From a virus: a stretch of DNA of 64,000 bases. The stretch is taken from positions 23,474 to 87,473 of IMG/VR virus record IMGVR_UViG_3300010370_000029, one strand, 5' to 3'. The translations under genes and the position numbers were made by a program. Shown here piece after piece: positions 26,186 to 36,221 of this stretch (position 1 is its first letter; each line of letters begins with the position of its first letter). A model generated the notes under the pieces. The model did not search any database and was not told where the DNA came from. It worked only from the letters and a program-made list of their open reading frames with translations.

Positions 26186-26700
26186 CAGTAGCAACAGCAG
26201 AGAGAATGGTTACTATGGTTAAATTGACTTGGGCAGAATACTTCCGAAAAATCGCACATACAGTTAAACTGAAGTCGAAGGATAAGACTACCCAGATTGG
26301 TGCGGTTATTGTCGGTTCCAATAATGAAATCCGTTCTACGGGATACAATTCATTTCCACGTGGGATTGAAGATTTCCGTGAAGAACGGCAGGAACGTCCA
26401 GAGAAATATTATTGGATGGAACATGCTGAGCGAAATGCAATTATCAACGCCGCTCGTATTGGTGTATCAACCGACCGTTGTATTTTATTCCTAACGTGTG
26501 ACATTCCATGCGTTGATTGCACTCGTGCGATTATCAATTCTGGAATCAAGATTATATTCTGTGAACGTGGTGAAGGGGCAAAGGGTGACCACTGGAACGA
26601 ACATACCCAACGTAGTATACAGATGTTACAAGAAGCAAAGTGCACCGTTCATTATTATGGTGAAATAAAACCTTTTATTAATATTGGTGAACTACAATGA
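26182..26700 (+). CDS. dCMP deaminase
   Basis: S.D...QIGAVIV, GYN, HAERNAI, PCVDC. Confidence 0.92.
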   Translation: MTVATAERMVTMVKLTWAEYFRKIAHTVKLKSKDKTTQIGAVIVGSNNEIRSTGYNSFPRGIEDFREERQERPEKYYWMEHAERNAIINAARIGVSTDRCILFLTCDIPCVDCTRAIINSGIKIIFCERGEGAKGDHWNEHTQRSIQMLQEAKCTVHYYGEIKPFINIGELQ

Positions 26701-26930
26701 GTAACGGAAAAGGTGATAGCCCACGCCCGCTGAGCGTGGACGCTGAGACATATAAGAGCAATTGGGAACAAACATTTGGAAACACACCAGAAAAAGCACA
26801 AGCTCGTATATCAGAATCATTACACGAAATTCAACAAGAAATTAATCGACTCAGAGATATAGTTGATAACTGTGAATATAGCGGATTACCCAACACCTCA
26901 TCATACGAGGTTCACGGTGAACCTTTATAG
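26697..26930 (+). CDS. conserved phage hypothetical protein
   Basis: GKGD.PRP......Y..NW...FG. Confidence 0.6.
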   Translation: MSNGKGDSPRPLSVDAETYKSNWEQTFGNTPEKAQARISESLHEIQQEINRLRDIVDNCEYSGLPNTSSYEVHGEPL

Positions 26931-27141
26931 AAATCGTAAAGTAGAAAAAACATCTAAAGGTTATCGGTATGTATTGTTACAAGATGCACCAAACTCTATT
27001 CATCTTACGATACAAGATGGAGACAAGGCAATCTATGACCATCTTGCTAATTTACAATCCGAAGAAGATTTAAACAATAGAATTTCCACATTAGAAACAG
27101 AATTCACCGCATGGGTAACCAAAAATGAAGCCATTAGTTAA
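26917..27141 (+). CDS. hypothetical protein
   Basis: GAGG RBS before GTG 26917. Confidence 0.5.
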   Translation: MNLYRNRKVEKTSKGYRYVLLQDAPNSIHLTIQDGDKAIYDHLANLQSEEDLNNRISTLETEFTAWVTKNEAIS

Positions 27142-27454
27142 ATACCTCACCGAAGAAGATGCAATCGCCCGTGTAGGCAAGGGATGGGAGTCTCTTGTTC
27201 GTCGTGTTTATAATGCAAAGGTTGGGTTGGGGGTTCCTGTAGGAATTATCCAAGTAAAGGAAAAATGGGGTGGCCTTCGTATATATACTGAATATTACGT
27301 CCGTGAAATAGAAGATGTTATTACCGAAGTGGGACGAAAGAGTTTAGAGATTTGTGAACAATGTGGTTCTCCTGCGGGATTGGTGAAGAAGGGAACGTGG
27401 TATCAGACCCGATGCGAAGAGCACAGAGGCGATTGGACACCAGTAGAACAGTAA
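27125..27454 (+). CDS. conserved phage protein with zinc ribbon
   Basis: GW..L, QVKEKWGGLRIY, CEQCG...C..H. Confidence 0.7.
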   Translation: MKPLVKYLTEEDAIARVGKGWESLVRRVYNAKVGLGVPVGIIQVKEKWGGLRIYTEYYVREIEDVITEVGRKSLEICEQCGSPAGLVKKGTWYQTRCEEHRGDWTPVEQ

Positions 27455-27468
27455 TAATAGTTTATAAT

Positions 27469-27486
27469 AGACCCCGAAAGGGGTCT
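27469..27486 (+). terminator. hairpin terminator
   Basis: AGACCCC-GAAA-GGGGTCT. Confidence 0.6.
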
Positions 27487-27514
27487 TGACTTTTACGCCT
27501 CATTTGAGTATATT
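27486..27514 (+). promoter_or_regulatory. sigma70-type promoter
   Basis: TTGACT-17-TATATT. Confidence 0.65.
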
Positions 27515-27542
27515 TCATGTGTCTATTATCCAAAGGTTATTT

Positions 27543-28412
27543 ATGAACAAAGTATCGTACAGTCAGTATACAACGTGGGCAAATTGCCCAGAGTCTTGGC
27601 GCTTGAAGTATGTCGAGGGTCACAAGATTGATGATTCCTCCATCCATACCATTTTTGGTACCGCCATGCACGAAGTCATTCAAGAGTGGCTCGACATTCT
27701 TTTCAACAAGAGTGAATCATTTGCAAATGGTATAGACCTTGATGACAATCTAAAGACCAAGTTTCATGCGCTTTTCAAGGAAGCCGTCAAGGAAGTTGAT
27801 GGGGTCAAGGTGTTTCCGTGTGACCGCCCAACATTAGAAGAGTTCTACCACCAAGGCACACAGATTTTGTCGTATGTTCAGGCGAATCAGAAGAAGCTGT
27901 TCCCGAATCAGAATACCACGCTTGTTGGCATCGAATATCCGATTGATGTAGAGGTTCGTCCCGGCGTGAAGTATGTGGGGTTCGTAGACATCGTTACGAA
28001 GAACGAACGGACAGAACTCATTACTCTTTATGATTTAAAGACCAGTCGTGCCGGATGGACGCAGGCACAGAAGTCCGACAAGACTAAGATTAGTCAGTTG
28101 CTTCTCTACAAGAAGTTTATCTCTGAGCATTTCAACGTACCGCTAGAATCGGTTCGAGTTGAGTATATTATTCTGAAGCGTACCATTTCTGAGAATTCTC
28201 CGTATCCGATTCCGCGTGTCAGTCCGTTCGAACCGCCGCACGGAAAGCCGTCAATCAATCGGGCATGGACAGACTTTGAGAATTTCTTGACAGATTGTTT
28301 CAACGAGTCTGGTCAGTATAAGACTGATACGATTAAACATAAGGCAAGTAAGAGTGCCTGTAAGTATTGTGTATTCCGTGAACGTAAAGACCTTTGCAAG
28401 TACGGGGTGTAA
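27543..28412 (+). CDS. PD-(D/E)XK nuclease, Cas4/RecB-AddB-like with Fe-S cysteines
   Basis: SYSQ....CP, FGTAMHE, GFVD, DLKTS, QLLLY, CKYC...C. Confidence 0.85.
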   Translation: MNKVSYSQYTTWANCPESWRLKYVEGHKIDDSSIHTIFGTAMHEVIQEWLDILFNKSESFANGIDLDDNLKTKFHALFKEAVKEVDGVKVFPCDRPTLEEFYHQGTQILSYVQANQKKLFPNQNTTLVGIEYPIDVEVRPGVKYVGFVDIVTKNERTELITLYDLKTSRAGWTQAQKSDKTKISQLLLYKKFISEHFNVPLESVRVEYIILKRTISENSPYPIPRVSPFEPPHGKPSINRAWTDFENFLTDCFNESGQYKTDTIKHKASKSACKYCVFRERKDLCKYGV

Positions 28413-28413
28413 A

Positions 28414-29024
28414 ATGGAAAACCCGATGGTGAACTATAGCAAGATTATCGCTAATACGGCTAGTAACCATTACAATGTGCGGGATGAGTACAAGAACAAT
28501 ACAGTTGAACAGAATGTTGCCATCACGATGAGTGAGCAACGCAGGTTTTCCGTGGGATGTATCAATATCACGGGGGAACTGAATATCGGAATGATGATTC
28601 GTTCGGCGTGTCTTTTAGGTGCAGAAAACTTTTATATCTTTGGGCGAAAGAAATTTGATAGCGGTCTACCGTAGGTGCCGAGAAATACATTAATATCGTC
28701 CAATATAATTTTGATGACCCGATACACGCTGACGAATCAATCAACGAACGGTTGGAATATCTGTTGAAGTGGAATAGTGTCGTATTGTGTGAACACGGTG
28801 GTACAGAGATTGGGTCACATAAGGCTCGTCTATTGTACAAGGAAGAACTGGAAAATCCGTTGTTTATCTTCGGTTCAGAAAGTCACGGATTACCTATCGC
28901 CGTTGCAGAGAATCCGCACTTCTACAAGATGTCCATTCCGCAACGTGGTGTTCTCAGGTCGTTCAATGTGAGTGCCGCGATGAACATCATCGTGTGGGAT
29001 TATGTCAAGGAGATGTATCTGTGA
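28414..29024 (+). pseudogene. SpoU/TrmH-family RNA methyltransferase with a 1-nt frameshift at about 28660
   Basis: N-half NIGMMIRSACLLG; C-half FGSESHGL, IPQRG..RSFNVSAA; halves join as KKFD-x-RSTVGAEKY if one base is added in GAT AG CGG. Confidence 0.8.
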
Positions 29025-29419
29025 AGAAACGTTATAAGCAAATGATTGATACCCGTCGAGTGTATCAACTTGAAACAGATATGTACTATGACCGCCGTTT
29101 TGCGTATATCACGAAGCAACGGTCATTGGGTTATCTGGTACGATATGCCAAGAAGATTTGGAAGGCGGAGAAGATTAAAAAGGAAATACCTCTTATCCGA
29201 TTCGGTAAGGGGTTGCAGAAGTATAGTTGGTGTGATGGGGAGATATTAGAACTTGCCCCAACCCAACGGGACATCTTGACTCTCATACATGAGTTGGTTC
29301 ATGCGATTGGATATGATGACCACGATAAGAACTTTGCGGCAAAAGAGTTGGTCTTACTTGCGAAGTATACCTCTGTGAAGGTTGACGCATTACATGAAAT
29401 GTTTGAGGTTATGATATGA
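29021..29419 (+). CDS. HExxH metallopeptidase-like (SprT/zincin) protein
   Basis: LIHELVH....HD..F; AGGAG RBS before GTG 29021. Confidence 0.65.
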   Translation: MKKRYKQMIDTRRVYQLETDMYYDRRFAYITKQRSLGYLVRYAKKIWKAEKIKKEIPLIRFGKGLQKYSWCDGEILELAPTQRDILTLIHELVHAIGYDDHDKNFAAKELVLLAKYTSVKVDALHEMFEVMI

Positions 29420-29685
29420 TGAAGAAGTTAAAGGAAGCATCAGTACTGTTCTTTATCCAGATATTGAGTTATTCTATCTGGTGTATTAACTTTCGTGCTG
29501 TTGCCGATACCCATTACCACACAGCGGCAGTAAGTGATTTCTTAATCGCTTCTATTCAGTTCTTTGTGATTCGTAAGATTGCACACGGACAAGACCAATT
29601 CCACCAATGGGCAGGATATGCACTTGGGTCGGTGGTCGGAAGTTATGTAGGGATCTGGATTTCGGCAACCTTCCTCGGGGGATAA
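29416..29685 (+). CDS. small membrane protein
   Basis: Hydrophobic segments; YALGSVVGSYVGI. Confidence 0.65.
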   Translation: MMKKLKEASVLFFIQILSYSIWCINFRAVADTHYHTAAVSDFLIASIQFFVIRKIAHGQDQFHQWAGYALGSVVGSYVGIWISATFLGG

Positions 29686-29686
29686 G

Positions 29687-29842
29687 ATGGATATCTTTGT
29701 CGCAATAGGAATAATATTACTTGCAATATTTTTGACCCGTTGGATTATGGGTCCAAGTTATTGTATATGTCCATATTGCGGTCATACAATACGTCCATAT
29801 GTAGTTCATAAGTGTAAGGGTCACAGAGTTACGTGTAAGTAA
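29687..29842 (+). CDS. TM + Cys-rich microprotein (51 aa)
   Basis: N-terminal TM segment, CPYCGH...H.C. Confidence 0.45.
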   Translation: MDIFVAIGIILLAIFLTRWIMGPSYCICPYCGHTIRPYVVHKCKGHRVTCK

Positions 29843-29851
29843 GGAGACAGT

Positions 29852-30085
29852 ATGCCCCGTAAAAAGAAATTGGAACGTGTAGATTCGCTACGGTTGGACT
29901 TCAACGGAAAAATGCTCATACTGATTGATACTGATGAGTGGGGTCCGATTGAATTTAACGTGAACGATAAGGAAACCGTACTGGAAGTCATGCGGACATT
30001 AATTAACTGTAGCGATAATAATTGGTCAGTTGATTCGTATACTAAGACTGAAGCAAAGAAACTTAAAAAGATGGTAGACAAATGA
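29852..30085 (+). CDS. hypothetical protein
   Basis: AAGGAG RBS. Confidence 0.6.
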   Translation: MPRKKKLERVDSLRLDFNGKMLILIDTDEWGPIEFNVNDKETVLEVMRTLINCSDNNWSVDSYTKTEAKKLKKMVDK

Positions 30086-30747
30086 ATTTACTATTAGGCG
30101 ATATTCACGGGAATGCTGGAGTATTAAAAGAAGCGATAGCAGTCGCTAAAGAAGCACACGCTACCTCTATTGTTCAGCTTGGAGACTTTGGGTTGTTCCC
30201 AGATACCGAAGCGTGGTTCCGTGAAAATACAAAAGATGCACATATTCCAATTTATTTTATTGATGGGAATCACGACGATTGCCAACGCTGGGTAGAGTGT
30301 GACACCATAACCCAAGTATGGGATGACCGTAATTTGTTTTACATTCCACGCGGTACCGTAATGGAGTTAGACCATAGAACGGTCGCCGTGATGGGCGGGG
30401 CGTCTAGTATTAATAAGGCTTGGCTACTTCGTGATGGGCAGCATTGGGATGCAAACGAGGATATCACAGAAGCTCAGATTTCTCGTTTATTGAAGAATGC
30501 TGAAGGGAAAACGATTGATATGTTTTTTACTCATTGTCCACCACATTCAGTTATCCAACAAAACTTTGACCCGCTATGGAAGTTACACTTTGAAGTGAGC
30601 ATTGACTGGACTGACCCAAATCAACTTATCATAGAGGATTTGTGGCATAAATTGGGTACTACTGACATATACTCTGGGCATATGCATAAACGGGTGCAGG
30701 GTATAAATTATAGAATTGTAAATATAAATGAGCTTTTGGCAGTTTAA
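30082..30747 (+). CDS. calcineurin-like metallophosphoesterase
   Basis: GDIHG, LGDFG, GNHD, THCPP, GHMH. Confidence 0.9.
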   Translation: MNLLLGDIHGNAGVLKEAIAVAKEAHATSIVQLGDFGLFPDTEAWFRENTKDAHIPIYFIDGNHDDCQRWVECDTITQVWDDRNLFYIPRGTVMELDHRTVAVMGGASSINKAWLLRDGQHWDANEDITEAQISRLLKNAEGKTIDMFFTHCPPHSVIQQNFDPLWKLHFEVSIDWTDPNQLIIEDLWHKLGTTDIYSGHMHKRVQGINYRIVNINELLAV

Positions 30748-30750
30748 GAT

Positions 30751-30759
30751 GATACTTAT
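30751..30759 (+). promoter_or_regulatory. putative late-type promoter heading the glycan island
   Basis: GATACTTAT variant of the motif, 30-38 nt before ATG 30789. Confidence 0.4.
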
Positions 30760-30788
30760 CTATAGAATTCTATAGAAAGGTAATTGTT

Positions 30789-30956
30789 ATGGCTAAAAAG
30801 AAAATCAACAAAAATACTACCATTCAAGTTAAGACTGATATCTACGAACACGTTAAGCAGTTCTGTAGTCAACGTGGGATGCTTATTTCCTCACAAACAG
30901 AATTCTTGTGGGTTAATCTGATATCATCTAGTATGAGCGGCAGTATTTCTTTATAA
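30789..30956 (+). CDS. small putative ribbon-helix-helix DNA-binding protein (55 aa)
   Basis: AAGG RBS; TTIQVKTDIYEHVKQFCSQRGMLIS pattern. Confidence 0.5.
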   Translation: MAKKKINKNTTIQVKTDIYEHVKQFCSQRGMLISSQTEFLWVNLISSSMSGSISL

Positions 30957-30958
30957 GG

Positions 30959-32362
30959 ATGAAATATATGAGACAAGGTTATTTACCAAAAAATGAACGC
31001 AAGAAAATCCTCCTACTCTCGGATGACCTACGGGTTACATCTGGCGTAGGAGTAATGTCAAGAGAAATAGTCGAAGGTACTTGCCATCGGTATAATTGGA
31101 TACAAGTTGGTGCAGGCGTAAACCATCCCGATGCCGGCAAAATCCTAGACCTTTCAGAAGCACTAAAGAGTGAAGTGGGAGTAGATGACCCCTATGTTCG
31201 CATTTATCCATATAACGGATATGGTGATAGTCGGTTGATTCGCACATTAATTGAAACAGAAAAGCCAGATGCTATTCTGCACTTCACCGACCCCCGCTAT
31301 TGGATTTGGCTCTACCAGATGGAACACGAACTCCGTCAAAAGATGCCGCTGATGTATTACAACATTTGGGACGACCTTCCATATCCTATGTACAATCAAG
31401 GGTATTATATGTCGTGCGATTCACTATTCTCAATTAGTAAGCAGACATATAATATTAACAAGCAAGTACTCGGACCACGGAACCCGCGGCATCTTGCTTA
31501 TATCCCACACGGCATTAACACCAAGCGGTATCACTCACTTCCAGTTGATGACGCTGGTATGTTGGAAACTCGTAAGAAGTTATTTGGTGAAGCCGAAGTC
31601 GATTATGTTATCTTCTATAATAGTCGGAACATTCGCCGGAAGCAGACATCGGATATCATCTACGCCTTCAAGGTATTTATGTCGAAGCTCACACCAGAGC
31701 AACGTGAAAAAGTACGCTTAGTTCTCCATACACAGCCCGTGGATGACAACGGGACGGATTTACCAGCGGTCATTCGGGATGTGACGCCTGAAGTGCAGAA
31801 GTATATCATATTCTCTGCTGATAGAGTGGAAGCAGGATTCCTCAACCATCTGTATAATATCGCTGACGTATCTATCAATATGTCCAGTAACGAAGGATTC
31901 GGATTGGGTACGTGTGAAAGTATTGTGGCAGGTACTCCTATCATTGTCAACGTGACCGGTGGATTACAAGACCAATGTGGATTTATGGACGAGGAAGGAA
32001 ACTACCTTGACCCAGATAAGCATTTCACCTACGAATGGGGTAGCAATCACGATGGTCGGTACAAGAAGCACGGGGAATGGGCGTTCCCAATGTTCCCATC
32101 GAATCGCTCATTACAAGGGTCACCGTTGACTCCATATATCTTCGACGACCGTGCCTCGTTCGAAGACGCAGCAGACCGTATGATGGAAGTCTATAATATG
32201 TCACGTGAAGAACGTAAGCGCCGTGGTGAGCTCGGCCGTCAGTACGCTTTGGGAGCTGGTCAATTTACCGCAGAACGTATGTGTGAATTGTTTATAGAAA
32301 ATATTGATAAGGGATTCCAAGAATGGGTTCCAAGAAGTAAGTTTGAATTAGTTAAGGCATAA
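30959..32362 (+). CDS. GT-B (GT4-like) glycosyltransferase
   Basis: SGVG, IPHGI, RNIRRK, EGFGLGTCE...GTPII..VTGG. Confidence 0.88.
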   Translation: MKYMRQGYLPKNERKKILLLSDDLRVTSGVGVMSREIVEGTCHRYNWIQVGAGVNHPDAGKILDLSEALKSEVGVDDPYVRIYPYNGYGDSRLIRTLIETEKPDAILHFTDPRYWIWLYQMEHELRQKMPLMYYNIWDDLPYPMYNQGYYMSCDSLFSISKQTYNINKQVLGPRNPRHLAYIPHGINTKRYHSLPVDDAGMLETRKKLFGEAEVDYVIFYNSRNIRRKQTSDIIYAFKVFMSKLTPEQREKVRLVLHTQPVDDNGTDLPAVIRDVTPEVQKYIIFSADRVEAGFLNHLYNIADVSINMSSNEGFGLGTCESIVAGTPIIVNVTGGLQDQCGFMDEEGNYLDPDKHFTYEWGSNHDGRYKKHGEWAFPMFPSNRSLQGSPLTPYIFDDRASFEDAADRMMEVYNMSREERKRRGELGRQYALGAGQFTAERMCELFIENIDKGFQEWVPRSKFELVKA

Positions 32363-32387
32363 TAATTTTTACGATAGAGAGTATATT

Positions 32388-33719
32388 ATGAATACCGAAG
32401 TTAAACCGTTATGTATAGTCCGTGCTCCATGCGCCACCCGTTCTGGTTACGGAGATATGAGTCGTGACATCATCCGACATCTTATTGAATATGATAAGTA
32501 TGATGTTAAGGTTATCTCTGTGAATTGGGGTGAGACTCCAATGAACGCACTGAATCCAGATAATCCAAAGGATAAGATGATTATTGACCGTATCCTTACT
32601 CAAAATCTTATTCAAAAGCCAGACTTGTTTGTTACGATTACCATTCCTACAGAATTTGAAGCGTTAGGTAAATATAATATCGGTATCACGGCTGGTATCG
32701 AAACCACTGCCGCCTCTGCTCAATGGGTTGATGCTTGTAACCGAATGGATGCCGTGTTTACTATATCTGAGCATTCTAAGAATGTACTCCTTACTTCAAA
32801 GTATATGAGAACGGGCCCAAATGGAGAAAAGTTGGGTACACTTGAAGTAACCAAGCCAATCGAAGTTTTACATAATTGTATAGACCAATCAATTATGAAG
32901 AAGTTGGAATACGAAGCTGATATTCTTCCTTCGATTAAAACCGTGATGGAAACCATACCAGAAAAGTTCTGTTATCTTTTCGTTGGTCATTGGCTCCGTG
33001 GGGACTTTGGAGAAGATAGAAAGAATGTATCATTCTTGGTACGGGTATTCCTTGAAACATTTAAGCAAACCAAGGTAGCACCCCCGGCTCTTATTCTAAA
33101 GACCAGTGGTGGTGGGTTCTCCATTCTTGATAAGCGAGAAATGTTGAATAAGATAGACACTATCCGTAAGCAAGTAGTATTAGAAGAAGGTCAACCTATG
33201 CCAAATATTTATTTATTGCATGGTGAATTGACCGATGATGAAATGAATTCGTTGTATAATCACCCGAAGGTAAAGGCACACGTTAGTTTGACGAAGGGCG
33301 AAGGGTTTGGTCGTCCATTACTTGAAGCATCTATTAGTGGTAAGCCAGTTATCGCTTCGGGCTGGAGTGGTCATATGGACTTTTTAAACCCAGAAGATGC
33401 TGTACTGGTCGGCGGTGAACTTAAGCCTATCCACGAAAGTTCAGTATGGGATAATGTCTTGATTAAGGAATCGTCTTGGTTCGCTCCAGACTTACAACAG
33501 TCTGCTAATGCACTCGCTGCAGTCTTTATGGAATATGATGCGTTCCATAAGAGAGCAAAGAAGTTGGGGAAGGAAAACTTTAAGAAGTTCTCCTACAAGG
33601 CAATTCAAAAGCGTACGTGGGAACTCCTCGACAAGTACGTACCAGAATTCCCTAAGCAAGTTCAATTGGTTTTACCGAAGTTAAAAAAGATTGAATTACC
33701 CAAAAAGCAAGGTGAATAA
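32388..33719 (+). CDS. GT-B (GT4-like) glycosyltransferase
   Basis: SGYG, DRKN, GEGFGRPLLEA...GKPVIASGWSG. Confidence 0.88.
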   Translation: MNTEVKPLCIVRAPCATRSGYGDMSRDIIRHLIEYDKYDVKVISVNWGETPMNALNPDNPKDKMIIDRILTQNLIQKPDLFVTITIPTEFEALGKYNIGITAGIETTAASAQWVDACNRMDAVFTISEHSKNVLLTSKYMRTGPNGEKLGTLEVTKPIEVLHNCIDQSIMKKLEYEADILPSIKTVMETIPEKFCYLFVGHWLRGDFGEDRKNVSFLVRVFLETFKQTKVAPPALILKTSGGGFSILDKREMLNKIDTIRKQVVLEEGQPMPNIYLLHGELTDDEMNSLYNHPKVKAHVSLTKGEGFGRPLLEASISGKPVIASGWSGHMDFLNPEDAVLVGGELKPIHESSVWDNVLIKESSWFAPDLQQSANALAAVFMEYDAFHKRAKKLGKENFKKFSYKAIQKRTWELLDKYVPEFPKQVQLVLPKLKKIELPKKQGE

Positions 33720-34123
33720 TGCCACTACGTAGTGAACGCAGATTTATCAGTCTCAGTAACGTACAATCTGGGATGATGATTCAATTTAACTACTCCAAGA
33801 AGTCCGGTGGGAGCGGTCAGTATGTTGTATTGGTCGTAGACCCGAATCGTAAAAATGACCGAGCTACGGAACCACAACTACACGGGTTCGTCATAGATGA
33901 ATTGTCTGACACTGAATTGCTAGAATTCTTTGCATCTTTTCGTAAGAGTACTTCTCTGGACTATGAAGATAGAAAGAAGAGTGTGGTCGAGGGATTAAAC
34001 ACAGATGAAGCATACGAAACATTTGCGGCGTCGAAGTATGTTAAAGACCGCTCATACAGAACATTTAATTTAAGTGGGATGACTCAAGTACGTCAGATTT
34101 TGATTGGTTCAGTTGAAGATTAG
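33719..34123 (+). CDS. hypothetical protein, weak resemblance to T4 gp2-type DNA end protectors
   Basis: GMMIQFNY..K, LHG, SYRTF; resemblance only. Confidence 0.5.
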   Translation: MPLRSERRFISLSNVQSGMMIQFNYSKKSGGSGQYVVLVVDPNRKNDRATEPQLHGFVIDELSDTELLEFFASFRKSTSLDYEDRKKSVVEGLNTDEAYETFAASKYVKDRSYRTFNLSGMTQVRQILIGSVED

Positions 34124-34157
34124 TCTATTTATAGATATACCCTTTAACGGTACCGAC

Positions 34158-34301
34158 ATGCTGAATTCTGATAAGGAACGACCAAAGAAGTTTCCGATTT
34201 TAGATTTAGATGTATTGACTGAAAAGAAAACTTGGTGGGTGGTCTGGGAATATATTTTCTCTGGAAAACTCCGCCAACCGGATGATATAGATAAAAGTTG
34301 A
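34158..34301 (+). CDS. hypothetical microprotein
   Basis: ATG 34158 follows a CTATTTATA motif at 34125. Confidence 0.4.
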   Translation: MLNSDKERPKKFPILDLDVLTEKKTWWVVWEYIFSGKLRQPDDIDKS

Positions 34302-34308
34302 GAGTGTT

Positions 34309-34596
34309 ATGATTGATGAGAACGAGCAGATATGTCCACAAGAGGATTGTGTACCTGCGGAAGAGCTACCTTCGGTTATGCAGATGGCAAAGAATTTGTT
34401 TAACGATGGTAGTAAAATCGTTGGTAATGCAGTAAAAGGAAATAAAACGTTAGTTGAGGATGTGGTTCGTAACGAGCGATGGTCTACTTGTTTGAGTTGT
34501 CCTAAACTAAAAAATGATAGATGCGTGGAGTGTGGATGCTTTATGAAGGTTAAAGTGGCGTTCGTCACCTCCAAATGTCCAATAAATAATTGGTAA
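34309..34596 (+). CDS. Cys-rich zinc-binding protein (DUF6171-like)
   Basis: R...CLSCP....CVECGCFM..K......CP...W. Confidence 0.7.
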   Translation: MIDENEQICPQEDCVPAEELPSVMQMAKNLFNDGSKIVGNAVKGNKTLVEDVVRNERWSTCLSCPKLKNDRCVECGCFMKVKVAFVTSKCPINNW

Positions 34597-34602
34597 TATA
34601 TT

Positions 34603-35481
34603 ATGAAAAAGGTTACATTTATATATGCGTACGAGCCGACTGAAGTTTGGTCTACGCCGTTGTCCTTGATTGAAGAATTCAAGGGCAGAGGATGGGAGGT
34701 TGAGATAGTATCCATAGGAAGTAATCGCACGGGTATCTATCACGATAACAATCTCCGTGAATGGGTAGAGTCCAAGCCGCACACTGATATGGTATTATTT
34801 ATGGATTGGGGACGGTTTGATTCCCCATATTTAAATAAGGACTTGGTTCCCGCTGTGTGGGTACAAGAAAGTGGAGATGACCCACAGAATTATGCTAGAA
34901 ATTTTCCCAAAGCATCCAGATTCCACTTAACACTTACTCCTGATTATACTTCCTATCAATCCTACACAGTGGCTGGTATTAATGCTCTGTGGTGGACACA
35001 TTTTGCGGATACCAGACTCCACGTTCCTATGGATGTGGATATAGAGTACATAGCCGTTACTAGTCGTGGATTAGGCGGCAGTCAATTCCTTGACCATCTT
35101 ACTCACCATTCGGATGGCATGATTGGTAATAAAAACGGTATGATTGGTATAGAACATACTAAATTCCTACAAAGTGGCTTGATGGTAGTACAAAACAGCC
35201 GTTGGGGAGAAGTTACCCGTCGTCTCTTTGAAGCTATGGCGTGCGGCAGAATGGTATTAACGGATAGATTAGATACCTCACGTAAATTAGATGAATTATT
35301 TACAGATAAGGTAGATATCGTATATTACAATGATATGGCGGATTGTATCAACTTAATGAACTATTATGCAGAGAATCACGAAGAACGTGAGGCTATAGCA
35401 CAACGTGGTAGACTTAAAGTTTTGAACGGACATACGCAGGTTCAGCGGGTAGACACGTTACTGAGGGCTGTCGGGTTATGA
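34603..35481 (+). CDS. CgeB-like glycosyltransferase
   Basis: DDPQ, RLFEAMACG, EREAIA..G...V...HT...R. Confidence 0.85.
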   Translation: MKKVTFIYAYEPTEVWSTPLSLIEEFKGRGWEVEIVSIGSNRTGIYHDNNLREWVESKPHTDMVLFMDWGRFDSPYLNKDLVPAVWVQESGDDPQNYARNFPKASRFHLTLTPDYTSYQSYTVAGINALWWTHFADTRLHVPMDVDIEYIAVTSRGLGGSQFLDHLTHHSDGMIGNKNGMIGIEHTKFLQSGLMVVQNSRWGEVTRRLFEAMACGRMVLTDRLDTSRKLDELFTDKVDIVYYNDMADCINLMNYYAENHEEREAIAQRGRLKVLNGHTQVQRVDTLLRAVGL

Positions 35482-36221
35482 ACAAATTACCTATCGGATT
35501 AGGCATATTAGCTTGGCGGTCTGGACAAACGCTTATTGATACTCTAGCGACCTATCACGAAAATGGATTGTTTACGATGGTGGAAGATGCAGTAATCTTA
35601 TTTCAAGAGTTCTCTGAAACTGATAAGATGATTGCGGAACACTTTGAGGTACGGTATATTCCATTAGAAAATAACATCGGTATAGGAAAGGGATTTATTG
35701 AACTAGCTAAGAACACCAATCAGCCGTATTTTATGACATTGGAGCATGATTGGAATCTTATCGAAAACTTTATTACAACATTCGGTCGGCTACAATCTGG
35801 TATACACTTACTACAGAACGGATTTGATTGTGTACGGTATCGGCATCGAAAGTCTCCTGGATTCCCGCACTTCAGTTTCCGTCATCAAGGAAATGAACTC
35901 ACATACTACGATGAAGAGATTGGATGTACCTCTCCGCATCTATTAGACGCAGTACATTGGACAGAACATCCTAACGTTGCATTCTCTCCACTAATTGATA
36001 AACAAGAAGAGTACTATACTACAACAAGTAGATATGGTAACTGGACTAATAATCCATGCTTGTACAGTACGCAATTTTATATGGACACGGTTTCTCAGTT
36101 CTCTGGCGATGGTATTGCTCTCGAAGGTAACATCTCTAAATGGTGGGCACAACAACAATTCAAGGTTGCTCACGGAGAGGGGTTGTTTATGCATCTGGAT
36201 AAAGTAAAGTATGGCAGATAA
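35478..36221 (+). CDS. GT-A-like glycosyltransferase
   Basis: N.GIG.G, LEHDW, WTNNP. Confidence 0.65.
   Translation: MNKLPIGLGILAWRSGQTLIDTLATYHENGLFTMVEDAVILFQEFSETDKMIAEHFEVRYIPLENNIGIGKGFIELAKNTNQPYFMTLEHDWNLIENFITTFGRLQSGIHLLQNGFDCVRYRHRKSPGFPHFSFRHQGNELTYYDEEIGCTSPHLLDAVHWTEHPNVAFSPLIDKQEEYYTTTSRYGNWTNNPCLYSTQFYMDTVSQFSGDGIALEGNISKWWAQQQFKVAHGEGLFMHLDKVKYGR

Noticed and set aside
27543-28412. CRISPR-Cas locus around the Cas4-like nuclease
   Set aside because: No cas1/cas2 and no repeat-spacer array was seen in the window
28645-28650. CGA AAG programmed -1 frameshift site in the SpoU gene
   Set aside because: A -1 shift here reads AAA GAA ATT TGA and stops at once, so it cannot join the two halves
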